From the sequence record PP418985.1: a stretch of 64,000 nt of DNA; one strand, 5' to 3'. A program made the position numbers and the translations under genes. Every line of letters starts with the position of its first letter. The stretch's first letter is position 1. Under the pieces are notes generated by a model. The model did not search any database and had not been told where the DNA came from. It saw nothing but the letters and a program-made list of their open reading frames with translations. The stretch comes from Escherichia phage UPWr_E1. Positions 42,186-51,340 of this stretch are shown here, one piece after another.

Positions 42186-42751
42186 TAAACACCCCTATGT
42201 ACATAATCTCTTAGTTGCTGCGCCCACACATCCCAATTTCCAAAAACGGTTTGAGTATAAACTTTCTCTATTGTGTGCTCGGTTACTACCGGAGGCGGAT
42301 TAGTTTCACCAGCACCCTCTCGGCTATTGGAACCACCACTATTTCCTTCACCGGAACCACCAGAAGACTCTGAAACAGATTGGATATAGGTTAGGGTTAC
42401 TTTATAAGTATAAACCTCCTGTAGACGTGTAGGAGCGTTAAAATAATATAGATCTGCGGTAGTTGGATCTGGTAAATCATCAAAACTTCCGGCAGATTTT
42501 TTAATTCGATCTTTCGTTATATATTTAAGAGAATCCGCGCCAAGCGAAAAACTATCCCGATACTCACCAGATATTTTAGTTTCTTCAACGGTAACGCCCT
42601 TATTAGGGCGATACTCGCTGATCTTAAACTCTTTAATCGTGTATGTGGTATTTGCATCCGGTGGCGTTGCTTTATAAGAGAACACCACCTCAAAGATTTC
42701 TCGCTCGCTGATATCCTCCAATTTTGAACTCATCGGAAGAATTTCAACCAT
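42185..42751 (-). CDS. hypothetical protein (gene 5.1 position)
   Basis: 188 aa; synteny only. Confidence 0.55.
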   Translation of the reverse strand: MVEILPMSSKLEDISEREIFEVVFSYKATPPDANTTYTIKEFKISEYRPNKGVTVEETKISGEYRDSFSLGADSLKYITKDRIKKSAGSFDDLPDPTTADLYYFNAPTRLQEVYTYKVTLTYIQSVSESSGGSGEGNSGGSNSREGAGETNPPPVVTEHTIEKVYTQTVFGNWDVWAQQLRDYVHRGV

Positions 42752-42759
42752 TAGTTACC

Positions 42760-44559
42760 TCACCCAAGATCAATACGGCTACCATCAATTTTAACTGTAC
42801 CAGATGCAATATCTTTAACGCTTGCACCACAATTACGGGACCAGTCACCATTAACCTGATCGGATTTAGTGCCGTTGACGGTCATATTAAAATTACCCTC
42901 AACGGTTAAATCATAGTTACCTTTAATTGTCTCGGTAGTGTTACCCTCGATCATTAATTCAGCATTACCCTTGACATTAGCCGTCAAATTAGCGTCAAGC
43001 TGTGCGATAACATCACCGACAACATGCATATTAGCTGTACCTTCAACGGTCTGATTAACATTACCACGAATAAATTCAGTGACGTTACCATCAACGGTTT
43101 GCATCACATTACCCATATAATAAACTTGCGCGTCACCTTCAACAACAACTTGCAAATTACCCTTAACGTTTACTTTCCGGCCTTGTTTAACGATCAGATA
43201 ATCATCGCCTTCAATCTTTTCTACCCTCGTTCCGTCCGGTCTGGTTTCTTCAAATGTACCAGAAGGATGTTTGCGATGATATCGCTCATGAGAAGGAGTA
43301 TCATCAATCTCGATAATATGACCGCTCTCCGACTCGTACACATGGTTATAAGGATACCTTGCAGAATACGAACTCTTAGGCTCTTTAAACATGATTCGTG
43401 TGTCTTGTGGGGTAAACGGTGCTTCTGGGTCTTCTTCTGCTCTCTGCGTCTTATAGGCAGCAATACGGGCATTTCTCAAACGTGCTCGCGGATCATCAGA
43501 AATTGATTCCTCTTTCTTTGGAGCAATTACGCCATATGATTCTAAGTTACCAGTAAGAATAATTTTAGAAACACGGCTTGACCGTCCTGGAGTTTGGTTA
43601 GCCCATACCGATTGACGTAATCCATCATAGGCTTGTTTCCATTCTTCCGCCAGCATTGCAGCAAGACTATTCTTAAATTTACCCAATCCACCAACACCCA
43701 TTTGAAACGCCATATTTTCTAATGCCATACGACGAGAAGCATTACACTTATTATAGACAGGTGCAATTCGTGGATGTTTGCGCATATCACGACGAGTCTT
43801 TTCTATATCGTCAGCAAATACTTTACTAACTTCTTCGGCGGTAAGTCTTCCGTTTGTAACTTCACGCCCTACCAGCTTAGAAAGTTCATTATTGATAATA
43901 CCAAGATCACTGGTTTTCTTATAAATGATCAAATGCCCGATGCCTATTGTCGGATATCCTTCTGAATCAAGATACCATTTCTCGCGATATCCCTCATCGC
44001 CCCGCAGCATTTTTTCTATTGTATATTCTGGGTTATCATCAACCGGAATTTGGTCTAATGGCTCGTCGTCTGGATTTACTGCAACTCCAGTGTTTTCATC
44101 TCGAATATAGACACTATCAGGTTTTGTTGTTTGTCCGGTTTCTGGGTTAATACCGCCACGAGCAAGAATATTAACATCATTACCAATATAACGAGGATAT
44201 GCACCAGAAGGGTCGCAAAACCCTTCTGTAGTGAGTGGTTTCTCTGTATATTGTCCGGCAATAGTGCCAAGAATAACGCAGTTTAAATAACGTTCATCTA
44301 AAGCCAAACCAAACACCATTGAACCTTCAACAATACCAGTAGGGCTTTGACCTATACCGGAGATCGCCGCGCTTGTAATATCTTGCACTGGCGTAATCCA
44401 TAATAGATCTTCGGTTGGAAGACCTTGAATGTCACCGTGTGCGGATAGCGAAGGATGTATACCATGAATCCTAACCTGAACTCGGCCTAACATTAATGGG
44501 TCTTCCCTGTTTTCTACAATTCCGGTAAACCATTTAACGGAGTTATTAAACATTAGCAT
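42760..44559 (-). CDS. 5: baseplate hub and tail lysozyme gp5
   Basis: N-terminal FTGIVENREDPLMLGRVQVRIHGIHP; central T4-lysozyme-like domain (DSEGYPTIGIGHL ... MAFQMG ... WANQTPGRS); C-terminal V-x-G-N beta-helix repeats. Confidence 0.9.
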   Translation of the reverse strand: MLMFNNSVKWFTGIVENREDPLMLGRVQVRIHGIHPSLSAHGDIQGLPTEDLLWITPVQDITSAAISGIGQSPTGIVEGSMVFGLALDERYLNCVILGTIAGQYTEKPLTTEGFCDPSGAYPRYIGNDVNILARGGINPETGQTTKPDSVYIRDENTGVAVNPDDEPLDQIPVDDNPEYTIEKMLRGDEGYREKWYLDSEGYPTIGIGHLIIYKKTSDLGIINNELSKLVGREVTNGRLTAEEVSKVFADDIEKTRRDMRKHPRIAPVYNKCNASRRMALENMAFQMGVGGLGKFKNSLAAMLAEEWKQAYDGLRQSVWANQTPGRSSRVSKIILTGNLESYGVIAPKKEESISDDPRARLRNARIAAYKTQRAEEDPEAPFTPQDTRIMFKEPKSSYSARYPYNHVYESESGHIIEIDDTPSHERYHRKHPSGTFEETRPDGTRVEKIEGDDYLIVKQGRKVNVKGNLQVVVEGDAQVYYMGNVMQTVDGNVTEFIRGNVNQTVEGTANMHVVGDVIAQLDANLTANVKGNAELMIEGNTTETIKGNYDLTVEGNFNMTVNGTKSDQVNGDWSRNCGASVKDIASGTVKIDGSRIDLG

Positions 44560-44570
44560 AATTAATCACC

Positions 44571-45125
44571 TTACACATCAGCCTTTTCCATTTCTCGAAT
44601 GAATGCGTTAATAAATTGTTTAATTTGTGTAGGATCTATGATCTTGATCTTGCGTCGTTCCTCATTGCGGAGAATCGCATCTTCCAGTGTGTCTACTGCC
44701 GATAATGCACCATGAAACTGCAAATGACGATGATGAATATCTCCTTTATCATACCAATTGCTTGATCCTTTCGGATATTCTGTAAGATTCCAATACTTGT
44801 TTCCGTCAATATCAACGTGGTATAATACTTGATTTCCTCCTACATTTGCATATCGCTGTTCGGCTGACTCATATGCTGTCTCTTGATCGGTGATCCAGTC
44901 ATGGAACGGATCGTATACGTCATTAAGCATCAGCAAGATCCAGTAAAGTTGTTGGTTTCCGTATACTTCATATGCAACTTGTTCCGGTCGTGGACTACCT
45001 TGAATGTAATATGTTTGTATGTTATAATCAGAAATTATTGCGTTGAAATATGCGCGGTAATTGCGCACAATGTCAGTAATCATCTTGCCGTTGTATTCAA
45101 TGGCAGGGAAGAAAGAAAAGAGCAT
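44571..45125 (-). CDS. 53: baseplate wedge protein gp53
   Basis: 184 aa; MLFSFF start, YYIQGSPRPE, QLYWILLM.ND.YDP, NVGG.Q.LYHV match recalled T4 gp53. Confidence 0.9.
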   Translation of the reverse strand: MLFSFFPAIEYNGKMITDIVRNYRAYFNAIISDYNIQTYYIQGSPRPEQVAYEVYGNQQLYWILLMLNDVYDPFHDWITDQETAYESAEQRYANVGGNQVLYHVDIDGNKYWNLTEYPKGSSNWYDKGDIHHRHLQFHGALSAVDTLEDAILRNEERRKIKIIDPTQIKQFINAFIREMEKADV

Positions 45126-45157
45126 TTTAGCACCCTCAATTGATAAATAGTATTATG

Positions 45158-45165
45158 TATTTATA
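45158..45165 (-). promoter_or_regulatory. T4-type late promoter TATAAATA (gene 53) in a divergent intergenic region
   Basis: tatttata on plus strand; region flanked by a perfect 10-bp inverted repeat TTTAGCACCC/GGGTGCTAAA that supplies both RBSs. Confidence 0.6.
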
Positions 45166-45180
45166 ATAAAGGGTGCTAAA

Positions 45181-45654
45181 ATGGGAGGATCTAACACTTA
45201 TAAGGGCAAGTATGTTCCTGAGAATAAGGAAAAGTATAAAGGGGATATACGTAAAATCACATACCGTTCAAGCTGGGAAAGATGGATCATGCAGTGGCTA
45301 GACCGCAATCCTAGAGTTGCAAAATGGGGATCTGAGACCGTAGTAATTCCTTATGAGTCATCAACAGACGGAAAAAGACACAGATACTTTATGGACTTTT
45401 ACGTTAAGTTTGATGATGGCAAGGAGCATTTATGGGAAGTTAAACCAGCTAAAGAGACAAGGCCACCTGAAAAGCCAAAAAGAATGACCGCGAAGACAAA
45501 GCAACGGTATATGCATGAAGTATGGACGTACACAAAAAATACTGAAAAATGGTTAGCTGCCGTGAAATTATGCCAAAAGCATAACATGGAGTTTAAGATC
45601 ATCACCGAACATGCATTAAAGAAAGTATTTGGCTTTAAAGGGCTTAACAAATAG
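45181..45654 (+). CDS. 4: head completion protein gp4 (by synteny)
   Basis: 157 aa, divergent from gene 53 as in T4; sequence identity not verified. Confidence 0.55.
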   Translation: MGGSNTYKGKYVPENKEKYKGDIRKITYRSSWERWIMQWLDRNPRVAKWGSETVVIPYESSTDGKRHRYFMDFYVKFDDGKEHLWEVKPAKETRPPEKPKRMTAKTKQRYMHEVWTYTKNTEKWLAAVKLCQKHNMEFKIITEHALKKVFGFKGLNK

Positions 45655-45665
45655 AGGATAATATT

Positions 45666-46487
45666 ATGAGCGTATTTGAAATAATCACAGAAGACGAAAA
45701 GCCGTCTCCCCAAAAACGAAAGTCTAAACAGTGGGTCGAATTGGGTGTAGAATTTGCGAAAGCAAAAGCCAAAGGCATGACAGCTAAAGCATTTGCAGAT
45801 TCTAAGGGAATAGCCTATGCGACTTTCACTAAAAGTATGTCTCGTTATGCCAGCGAAATTAAAACAGCTATAGAAGTTGAAAAACTAAAAGGGAAAGGTG
45901 CAAAGGGTCTCAATAAGCAGCAACGCGCAATGATGATGATTAATGATTTTCGTGCGTCTATGCGTGCTGTATCAAAGAGTCGTCCTAAAGAAAAATCACA
46001 GGAGTGGTTTACTAAAACAATAAAAGCGGGAATAAAGGGACACCAGATTGTAAAACCGCAAGTAGGGCGAATCTATACCTTTATGTATGATGCGAAGTAT
46101 AAAGACACTTTGCCATATTGGGATGTTTTCCCGCTGATCATTTGTCTGGGTGATTCTAAGACAAAGGCGGGTAATACTGTAATGCTAGGTCTTAACTTAC
46201 ACTATGTAACGCCTAAAGCCCGTCAGCAGTTTCTGGAAGCACTTTTAAAGCAATATGCATCTACTCCTACCTTGAGCAATAAAACACGCTTAAAAATCAA
46301 ATGGAGCGATGTAAAAGGTATGCGTGGAAGTGATCACATGATCAAAGCATATCTACCAGGACACATTAAAACAAAACTTGTTGAGATTAGCCCGAAAGAC
46401 TGGAGCAATATTATCTATATGCCTACATATCAGTTTATGTCAAAAGGCAAGAAATACGACGCAAGGAAAGTTTGGAAGGATGCATAA
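45666..46487 (+). CDS. 2: DNA end protector protein gp2
   Basis: 273 aa; GRIYTFMYDAKYKDTLPYWDVFPL block as recalled for T4 gp2; synteny. Confidence 0.7.
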   Translation: MSVFEIITEDEKPSPQKRKSKQWVELGVEFAKAKAKGMTAKAFADSKGIAYATFTKSMSRYASEIKTAIEVEKLKGKGAKGLNKQQRAMMMINDFRASMRAVSKSRPKEKSQEWFTKTIKAGIKGHQIVKPQVGRIYTFMYDAKYKDTLPYWDVFPLIICLGDSKTKAGNTVMLGLNLHYVTPKARQQFLEALLKQYASTPTLSNKTRLKIKWSDVKGMRGSDHMIKAYLPGHIKTKLVEISPKDWSNIIYMPTYQFMSKGKKYDARKVWKDA

Positions 46488-46493
46488 GATTAA

Positions 46494-46516
46494 GCCCGTC
46501 AATGACGGGCTTTTTT
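46494..46516 (+). terminator. rho-independent terminator after gene 2
   Basis: GCCCGTC-aat-GACGGGC followed by TTTTTT. Confidence 0.7.
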
Positions 46517-46517
46517 A

Positions 46518-46772
46518 TTATAGATCGATAGCATGAGCATAACCATGTAAGAAGTCTTTTAATTCTTCCTTATTGGTAACACGCTGTAAAATCTCTAATG
46601 CCTTGTCGCGATCACGTAATGCACCTGAAAGGGATTTTATTTGGTCATCCCTTTCTGCAATCTGCTTAAGCAGATCTGTATTGCATTTAGACAAATAGAG
46701 AACTTCACCCCGCAATGTTGCCAATTCGTTGTCCAAACGATCATAGAGTTTTAACAAAATGTCTTCTGTCAT
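46518..46772 (-). CDS. hypothetical coiled-coil protein (84 aa)
   Basis: GAGGA RBS; convergent with gene 2; no homolog recognised. Confidence 0.4.
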   Translation of the reverse strand: MTEDILLKLYDRLDNELATLRGEVLYLSKCNTDLLKQIAERDDQIKSLSGALRDRDKALEILQRVTNKEELKDFLHGYAHAIDL

Positions 46773-46842
46773 AAGAAGTCCTCGTATAGTACCCGTTTTA
46801 TTTATTACTGTATAAAAATATAGTTATTGGTTAAAACATAAC

Positions 46843-46884
46843 CAAAACGAAGAAAGATCTTTAGAATAATAAAAATTTGTTTCG
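46843..46884 (+). repeat. intergenic repeat copy C (CAAAACGAAGAAAGATCTTTAGAATAATAAAAATTTGTTTCG)
   Basis: joins the 3' parts of repeat copies A and B at 9.0-9.2 kb; contains the 10-bp palindrome AAAGATCTTT. Confidence 0.7.
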
Positions 46885-46961
46885 GTTAAAAAGTAGTCAG
46901 TGCCTACGGCACGTCGCAAAGCGACAATTGTTAATAAATATTTTCATTTGAGGAATCAGTA

Positions 46962-47552
46962 ATGTCTAATCTCTTTAACTATGCTAACCCTAGCAACTGG
47001 CAGATCAATATTCCAGATGGACAACTAACAAAAGGCTTTACTTTAAATGCTCAAGGTGTTACACTTCCTGCTATAACCATTCCACCGACTAAGCAAGTTG
47101 CTGGTCAATATGGTTTGGCGGTCGCTGATTATCCGTCTAGTCATGTAGAGTTTGACCCGTTGGTAGTCCGGTTTATTGTCGATGAGCATTTGGAAAGCTA
47201 TCTAAACCTTTACACATGGATGCTTTCTATAGTAGACTACAATAACGGTAACTCCACTGCGTGGAAGGATTCAATGCCGGAAGCCGTTCAAGTTCACATG
47301 ATGGACAATGAACGCCGTAACATTGTATGCACCTTTAACTTTTATGGTTGTTGGTGTTCACAATTGGGGGAACTTGAGTTAACATACACCGATGATATGC
47401 ATGAATCTCTGGTATGTACTGCAATTCTTCCATTTAAAACAATGAGCATTGAACGTGATGGTCAACTGATCGTTCCTCGCCCTGCAATTCAGGCGGCGGA
47501 TCGTCAGCGAGTGGAAGGTATTAAAGCTATGCACCCTGCTTTTAGAAAGTAA
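46962..47552 (+). CDS. 3: tail completion/sheath stabilizer gp3 (by synteny)
   Basis: 196 aa between gene 2 and gene 1; GAGGAA RBS; identity not verified. Confidence 0.5.
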   Translation: MSNLFNYANPSNWQINIPDGQLTKGFTLNAQGVTLPAITIPPTKQVAGQYGLAVADYPSSHVEFDPLVVRFIVDEHLESYLNLYTWMLSIVDYNNGNSTAWKDSMPEAVQVHMMDNERRNIVCTFNFYGCWCSQLGELELTYTDDMHESLVCTAILPFKTMSIERDGQLIVPRPAIQAADRQRVEGIKAMHPAFRK

Positions 47553-47567
47553 TAAGAGGCTTATATA

Positions 47568-48224
47568 ATGAAATTGATTGCACTTTGTGGTAAAAAGCGA
47601 GTAGGAAAAGACACTGCCGCGTTAATCATTGATGGACATAGTTATCAACTGGCAGCACCGATCAAAGAAATCTTATGCGAATGTCAACCGGAATTAGGAC
47701 TGACTTATCTTGACTTTGACGGGTTGGGGCGTGACAGAGAAGCCGATCTAGGTATTGATACATATACCGCGCATAAGTGGTTTATTCAGTGTCTGCTTAT
47801 GCTAGATTCTAAGTATGGCGGTAGTTCCTTTACTTGTGATCGTCTGGCTGAGATTTACAAGGTCGTTAATGAGATCGGCGAAAAACATAATAACGTCTGG
47901 TCTATTCGTCTCATGTTAACCACTCTCGGTACTGATATAATGGTTAACTTGATCAATCCGCTTTATTGGTGTAATCTCTTCGTGAATGAGTTTATGAAGC
48001 GCAAAAATGAAGAAGGGTATTTTGTAGTGGTTGATGTGCGTCAGCCTATTGAAATTGCTCTCATGCGTTCTATGGGTGCTAAGGTGTTGCATATTCAGCG
48101 TGATACTGGTATTGTATCGACTCACTCAACCGAAAAAGGAATTGTGCCTATTGACGGTGAAACCATTATCATAAATAATGGTACATTAGAAGAATTTGAA
48201 AGCGCGGTTCTAGCGAACATTTAA
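47568..48224 (+). CDS. 1: deoxynucleoside monophosphate kinase gp1
   Basis: P-loop CGKKRVGKDT; LAAPIKE, WSIRLMLTTLGTD, YWCNLF match recalled T4 gp1. Confidence 0.9.
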   Translation: MKLIALCGKKRVGKDTAALIIDGHSYQLAAPIKEILCECQPELGLTYLDFDGLGRDREADLGIDTYTAHKWFIQCLLMLDSKYGGSSFTCDRLAEIYKVVNEIGEKHNNVWSIRLMLTTLGTDIMVNLINPLYWCNLFVNEFMKRKNEEGYFVVVDVRQPIEIALMRSMGAKVLHIQRDTGIVSTHSTEKGIVPIDGETIIINNGTLEEFESAVLANI

Positions 48225-48256
48225 TAAAAAGTTATCAACAAGTAGGAGATGTGAAT

Positions 48257-48508
48257 ATGTCCAATCAGCATGAGCAAATGATTAATGTCCTGAAAGTACG
48301 TCTGTTTGACACTCAAGAAAAGGCCGCATTCTTAGAAGGCCAACTGAAAGATCGTGAGCGTGTATTGATGGAACTGGTACGCATTCTTGGTATTCAGCCA
48401 GATGAAAATGGCACTGTTTCCCTTGATGCTATCGTCGAAGAAGTAAAAGCACTTCTCCCTAAAGACGAAGACGCAGAAGAGGAAGTAGAACTGATCACGG
48501 AGGCTTGA
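48257..48508 (+). CDS. 57A: tail fiber assembly chaperone gp57A-like
   Basis: GGAG RBS then ATG 48257; 83 aa acidic coiled-coil; position after gene 1. Confidence 0.65.
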   Translation: MSNQHEQMINVLKVRLFDTQEKAAFLEGQLKDRERVLMELVRILGIQPDENGTVSLDAIVEEVKALLPKDEDAEEEVELITEA

Positions 48509-48510
48509 TT

Positions 48511-48975
48511 ATGACCCCGTTTCGAGAATCCGTTAAAGGTACATATGCGGCGGTTAAATTCACTGAGGATACACTAGACCGCATTGAAAAATTGCAGGAG
48601 TTCTACGACCTGCCTAATGCCGTTCCTCGTGATAAACTGCATAGTACTATCTTATATTCTCGTGTTTATGTTCCGTTTATCCCAGAAGAAGGGGAGAAGT
48701 TCTTAGGCTCTCTATGCCATCTGAAAGTGTTTGAAACTCAATCCGGTACTAATGCGCTTGTGCTGGCATTTGAAAGCGACTACATGCAATTCAGACACGA
48801 TATCGGCACTGCTTTAGGTGCGACGTGGGATTATCCTGAATATGTACCGCATATCACGCTTTCTTATGATGTTGGTGCGCGTAAATTTGGCACTGACCTA
48901 GAGTTCGATTTAGAGATTGTCCGATCTCATGAGTATGTCGAAGATCTAGATCTGGAGTGGACGACCAAACTGTAA
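48511..48975 (+). CDS. 57B: 57B-position protein with two H-x-[TS]-x motifs (2H phosphoesterase-like)
   Basis: GGAGG RBS then ATG 48511; HSTI and HITL motifs about 85 residues apart. Confidence 0.6.
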   Translation: MTPFRESVKGTYAAVKFTEDTLDRIEKLQEFYDLPNAVPRDKLHSTILYSRVYVPFIPEEGEKFLGSLCHLKVFETQSGTNALVLAFESDYMQFRHDIGTALGATWDYPEYVPHITLSYDVGARKFGTDLEFDLEIVRSHEYVEDLDLEWTTKL

Positions 48976-48982
48976 TTCTATA

Positions 48983-49007
48983 CCCCGAAAATTTTTCGGG
49001 GTTTTTT
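48983..49007 (+). terminator. rho-independent terminator
   Basis: CCCCGAAAA-t-TTTTCGGGG followed by TTTTTTG. Confidence 0.7.
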
Positions 49008-49018
49008 GTTTTTATGTG

Positions 49019-49047
49019 TTGACAACCATAAACGACTATAGCATAAT
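49019..49047 (+). promoter_or_regulatory. PeSL-like early promoter module 1
   Basis: TTGACA-17-CATAAT, then conserved leader CATATCGAAACGAAACACAC and RBS AGGAGAATCAAA. Confidence 0.6.
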
Positions 49048-49084
49048 GCACATATCGAAACGAAACACACTTAGGAGAATCAAA

Positions 49085-49462
49085 ATGATGATGATGTTTA
49101 AAGATAAATTCGAATGTCACTACACCCGTAACTTTGACTTAGTATCCCGCTACTACATTCATAAAGAAACTGGAACGCAAGTAGTTCTTGAATCTCACAG
49201 CGAAGTAGGATTCGATTCAACAAAAGTAGCAATTAGTGCTCGCTTCTGGGATAACGGCAAATTTGCTTATATCGCTTGGAACGACGACGAAAATGTAATT
49301 ACAGTAGCTTTCGGTGATGACTACTACACTAAAAAGACTTTCGATAGTAAGCCATCAAATGAATACCTGAAAGCGTATGTGCAGCACATGTTCCAACGTG
49401 TTCTGACCGGAATGGAAATCAATGTCATGAAAGACATTGTAGACGAAGTAAAATATTCTTAA
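49085..49462 (+). CDS. hypothetical protein (125 aa)
   Basis: ATG 49085 after the conserved leader RBS; ORF-track start 49016 lies inside the promoter. Confidence 0.6.
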   Translation: MMMMFKDKFECHYTRNFDLVSRYYIHKETGTQVVLESHSEVGFDSTKVAISARFWDNGKFAYIAWNDDENVITVAFGDDYYTKKTFDSKPSNEYLKAYVQHMFQRVLTGMEINVMKDIVDEVKYS

Positions 49463-49468
49463 AAATAG

Positions 49469-49497
49469 TTGACAACATGAAACGGGGGTAGTAAGAT
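49469..49497 (+). promoter_or_regulatory. PeSL-like early promoter module 2
   Basis: TTGACA-17-TAAGAT; hairpin GGGGG-tagtaagata-CCCCC spans the -10. Confidence 0.55.
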
Positions 49498-49528
49498 ACC
49501 CCCACAAACAAACGAAAGGAGAATCAAA

Positions 49529-49687
49529 ATGAAATTTATCGGTAAAACTTTTATGTTCGTAGCTGGTACTCTGTTTACTGCAACTCTGTTAGCTGGTGGC
49601 TTAGATATCTTTACTGCCTTTGAAACTTTCGGGTATACTGTAGCATCGGGTGCTCTCTTCGGATTGGGTTTAGCGATTAGCAAATAA
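49529..49687 (+). CDS. small membrane protein (52 aa)
   Basis: AGGAGAATCAAA RBS; hydrophobic; below ORF-track cutoff. Confidence 0.5.
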   Translation: MKFIGKTFMFVAGTLFTATLLAGGLDIFTAFETFGYTVASGALFGLGLAISK

Positions 49688-49696
49688 GGTGATAAT

Positions 49697-49900
49697 ATGG
49701 AATTGGATATGGTTAAAGCAAAATTTATGGGTAAGGATAAGAGCGGTAAAACATTTGTTATTAATAGAACATTGTTTCGCTCTGACCTTAAGTGGGTAAC
49801 ACAACAATTTGCGGAAGTCAACGAGGCAGTTGTGACATGCTTTGTTGATGATAAAAAAGTTTTTGAAATTGATCGTCGTGGGGTGTCTAATGATCACTAA
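49697..49900 (+). CDS. hypothetical protein (67 aa)
   Basis: AAGGTGA RBS. Confidence 0.5.
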   Translation: MELDMVKAKFMGKDKSGKTFVINRTLFRSDLKWVTQQFAEVNEAVVTCFVDDKKVFEIDRRGVSNDH

Positions 49901-50087
49901 ACTGTTTAGCAATACTTTGTTTATGATTGCATTTGTTTTCTTTCTGTGTCTGATGATCGGTGTTGTTACAGTAGGTAGCTATTCCGGTGTTACCTTAGAT
50001 GATTTTTGCAAACTTGTTTTGATCTCGTTTATACCTAGTATTCTGCTCGCTTTATGTGGTGCTTTTAAATGGCTTTGTACGCTATGA
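49890..50087 (+). CDS. small membrane protein
   Basis: GGGGTG RBS then ATG 49890; hydrophobic. Confidence 0.45.
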   Translation: MITKLFSNTLFMIAFVFFLCLMIGVVTVGSYSGVTLDDFCKLVLISFIPSILLALCGAFKWLCTL

Positions 50088-50194
50088 ACGAAATAGAACG
50101 AATGATGTTGATAGGTGGACCTGAGTTCACTAAATTTGATGCAATTCTTATTGCGTTTGGTTTTCTTATGATCTTTTGTATGGTGGCGCTATGA
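50084..50194 (+). CDS. small membrane peptide (36 aa)
   Basis: ATGA overlaps on both sides (translational coupling). Confidence 0.35.
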   Translation: MNEIERMMLIGGPEFTKFDAILIAFGFLMIFCMVAL

Positions 50195-50415
50195 GTAGTA
50201 TAAAATATTTCGCTTTCTTGTGCTTTATGATGTTCTTTACATTCTTAGCATGTGTTTTCTTTACCTGGCTTGCTCATGTTGATAATGCAACCGGACCGTT
50301 TTACTTCTTCTGTGTATTGTCTGTGTTGACTGGTGCTTTTGTTACGTGGATGATTCGAGATTGTTACGGAATGTATAAGTTTGAAAAGACTCGACCGAAA
50401 TGGGGCAAACGATGA
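50191..50415 (+). CDS. small membrane protein
   Basis: GGTGG RBS; two hydrophobic segments. Confidence 0.5.
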   Translation: MSSIKYFAFLCFMMFFTFLACVFFTWLAHVDNATGPFYFFCVLSVLTGAFVTWMIRDCYGMYKFEKTRPKWGKR

Positions 50416-50594
50416 AATTATTTGCGTGGCTAATTATTTTAAATGTAATTGTTAAGACCTTTCTCGCTGGTCTGATGATGGCGCATAGCACCGAACCAGA
50501 AGAAGCATTAACGTATTTTGTTGCTTATGTGTTGGGATTCTTGCTTACTGCGTGGATGTGTGATGAATATCGAAGAATTGAGGTAAAACCATGA
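50412..50594 (+). CDS. small membrane protein
   Basis: ATGA overlap with upstream ORF. Confidence 0.5.
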   Translation: MKLFAWLIILNVIVKTFLAGLMMAHSTEPEEALTYFVAYVLGFLLTAWMCDEYRRIEVKP

Positions 50595-50809
50595 AAATGA
50601 CTTTTTATATCTTAGCAAGTATCATGCTTGTGATCTCTTCTGCACTATTTGCATTTCTTACCGTCTGGGGGATCTGTACTGATGCGAAGCCGTGGGATAT
50701 CGTAGAAAATGCGGTTATGTTCCTGATTAGTATCATGTGTCTTTTTGATGCCTTTGACTCTATAAAAGAAGAAGATCAAAAACGTCGCGAGAGAAAGCGA
50801 TATAAATAA
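50591..50809 (+). CDS. small membrane protein with basic C-terminus
   Basis: GAGGTAAAACC RBS; stop codon lies within a TATAAATA motif. Confidence 0.5.
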   Translation: MKMTFYILASIMLVISSALFAFLTVWGICTDAKPWDIVENAVMFLISIMCLFDAFDSIKEEDQKRRERKRYK

Positions 50810-50814
50810 TAGTG

Positions 50815-50984
50815 AACTAAAGACAGCGCGGTTAGAATGATTTGGACGTCACCTAGCCGCATTTATTACAGCGTATGGGATTGATCCGGTATGCTAAAGC
50901 ATTCACTTGCTAGGCCGCTAGCAGGTTGGAGACAAGGAAGATTCGCTACCTTCCCTATAAGCCACTCTTCGGAGTGGCTTTTTT
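50815..50984 (+). ncRNA. candidate small RNA (about 170 nt, no ORF)
   Basis: TATAAATA at 50801-50808 upstream, internal hairpins, ends at a strong terminator; no ORF longer than 15 codons; not tRNA-like. Confidence 0.25.
50961..50984 (+). terminator. rho-independent terminator
   Basis: GCCACTC-TTCG-GAGTGGC followed by TTTTTT. Confidence 0.75.
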
Positions 50985-51011
50985 ATTGCCTAAAATTTTT
51001 TAAAAAAGTTG

Positions 51012-51040
51012 TTGACTCCAGGTCCAGCCTATAGCATAAT
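51012..51040 (+). promoter_or_regulatory. PeSL-like early promoter module 3
   Basis: A-tract, TTGACT-17-CATAAT, leader ACACACATCGAAACGAAACACAC. Confidence 0.6.
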
Positions 51041-51086
51041 ACACACATCGAAACGAAACACACTTTCTTAAACGGAGAATCAAATT

Positions 51087-51272
51087 ATGGCACGTCGCAT
51101 CACTAAAGCACTGAAAGCAGTAAGCAAAGAAAACGTAGTAGCTATTCTGGTAATCTGGGGTTATAACGAAGAATCCGCTAAACAGAAAGTTGAAGCAGGG
51201 TTTGAGATGGCAGTAAAAGCAATGCCGAATGATGACTCTGTAGGGCTGGCAAATTATATCGCATATTTCTGA
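51087..51272 (+). CDS. hypothetical protein (61 aa)
   Basis: leader RBS GGAGAATCAAA. Confidence 0.55.
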   Translation: MARRITKALKAVSKENVVAILVIWGYNEESAKQKVEAGFEMAVKAMPNDDSVGLANYIAYF

Positions 51273-51281
51273 TAAAAAGTG

Positions 51282-51312
51282 TTGACAGGGGAGGATAAAC
51301 TCCCCTACAATA
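51282..51312 (+). promoter_or_regulatory. PeSL-like early promoter module 4
   Basis: TTGACA-18-TACAAT; hairpin GGGGAG-gataaa-CTCCCC in the spacer. Confidence 0.55.
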
Positions 51313-51340
51313 CAACCATCAACGAAACGGGAGAATCAAA

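Noticed and set aside
49459-49912. Minus-strand ORFs 49459..49821 and 49670..49912
   Set aside because: Overlap plus-strand small genes that follow a promoter and conserved RBS; no RBS of their own.
50810-50960. tRNA gene in the ORF-free gap
   Set aside because: No acceptor stem pairing or GTTCRANYC T-loop could be built; the GGGATTGATCC segment has no matching 5' acceptor strand. Kept only as a low-confidence sRNA candidate.
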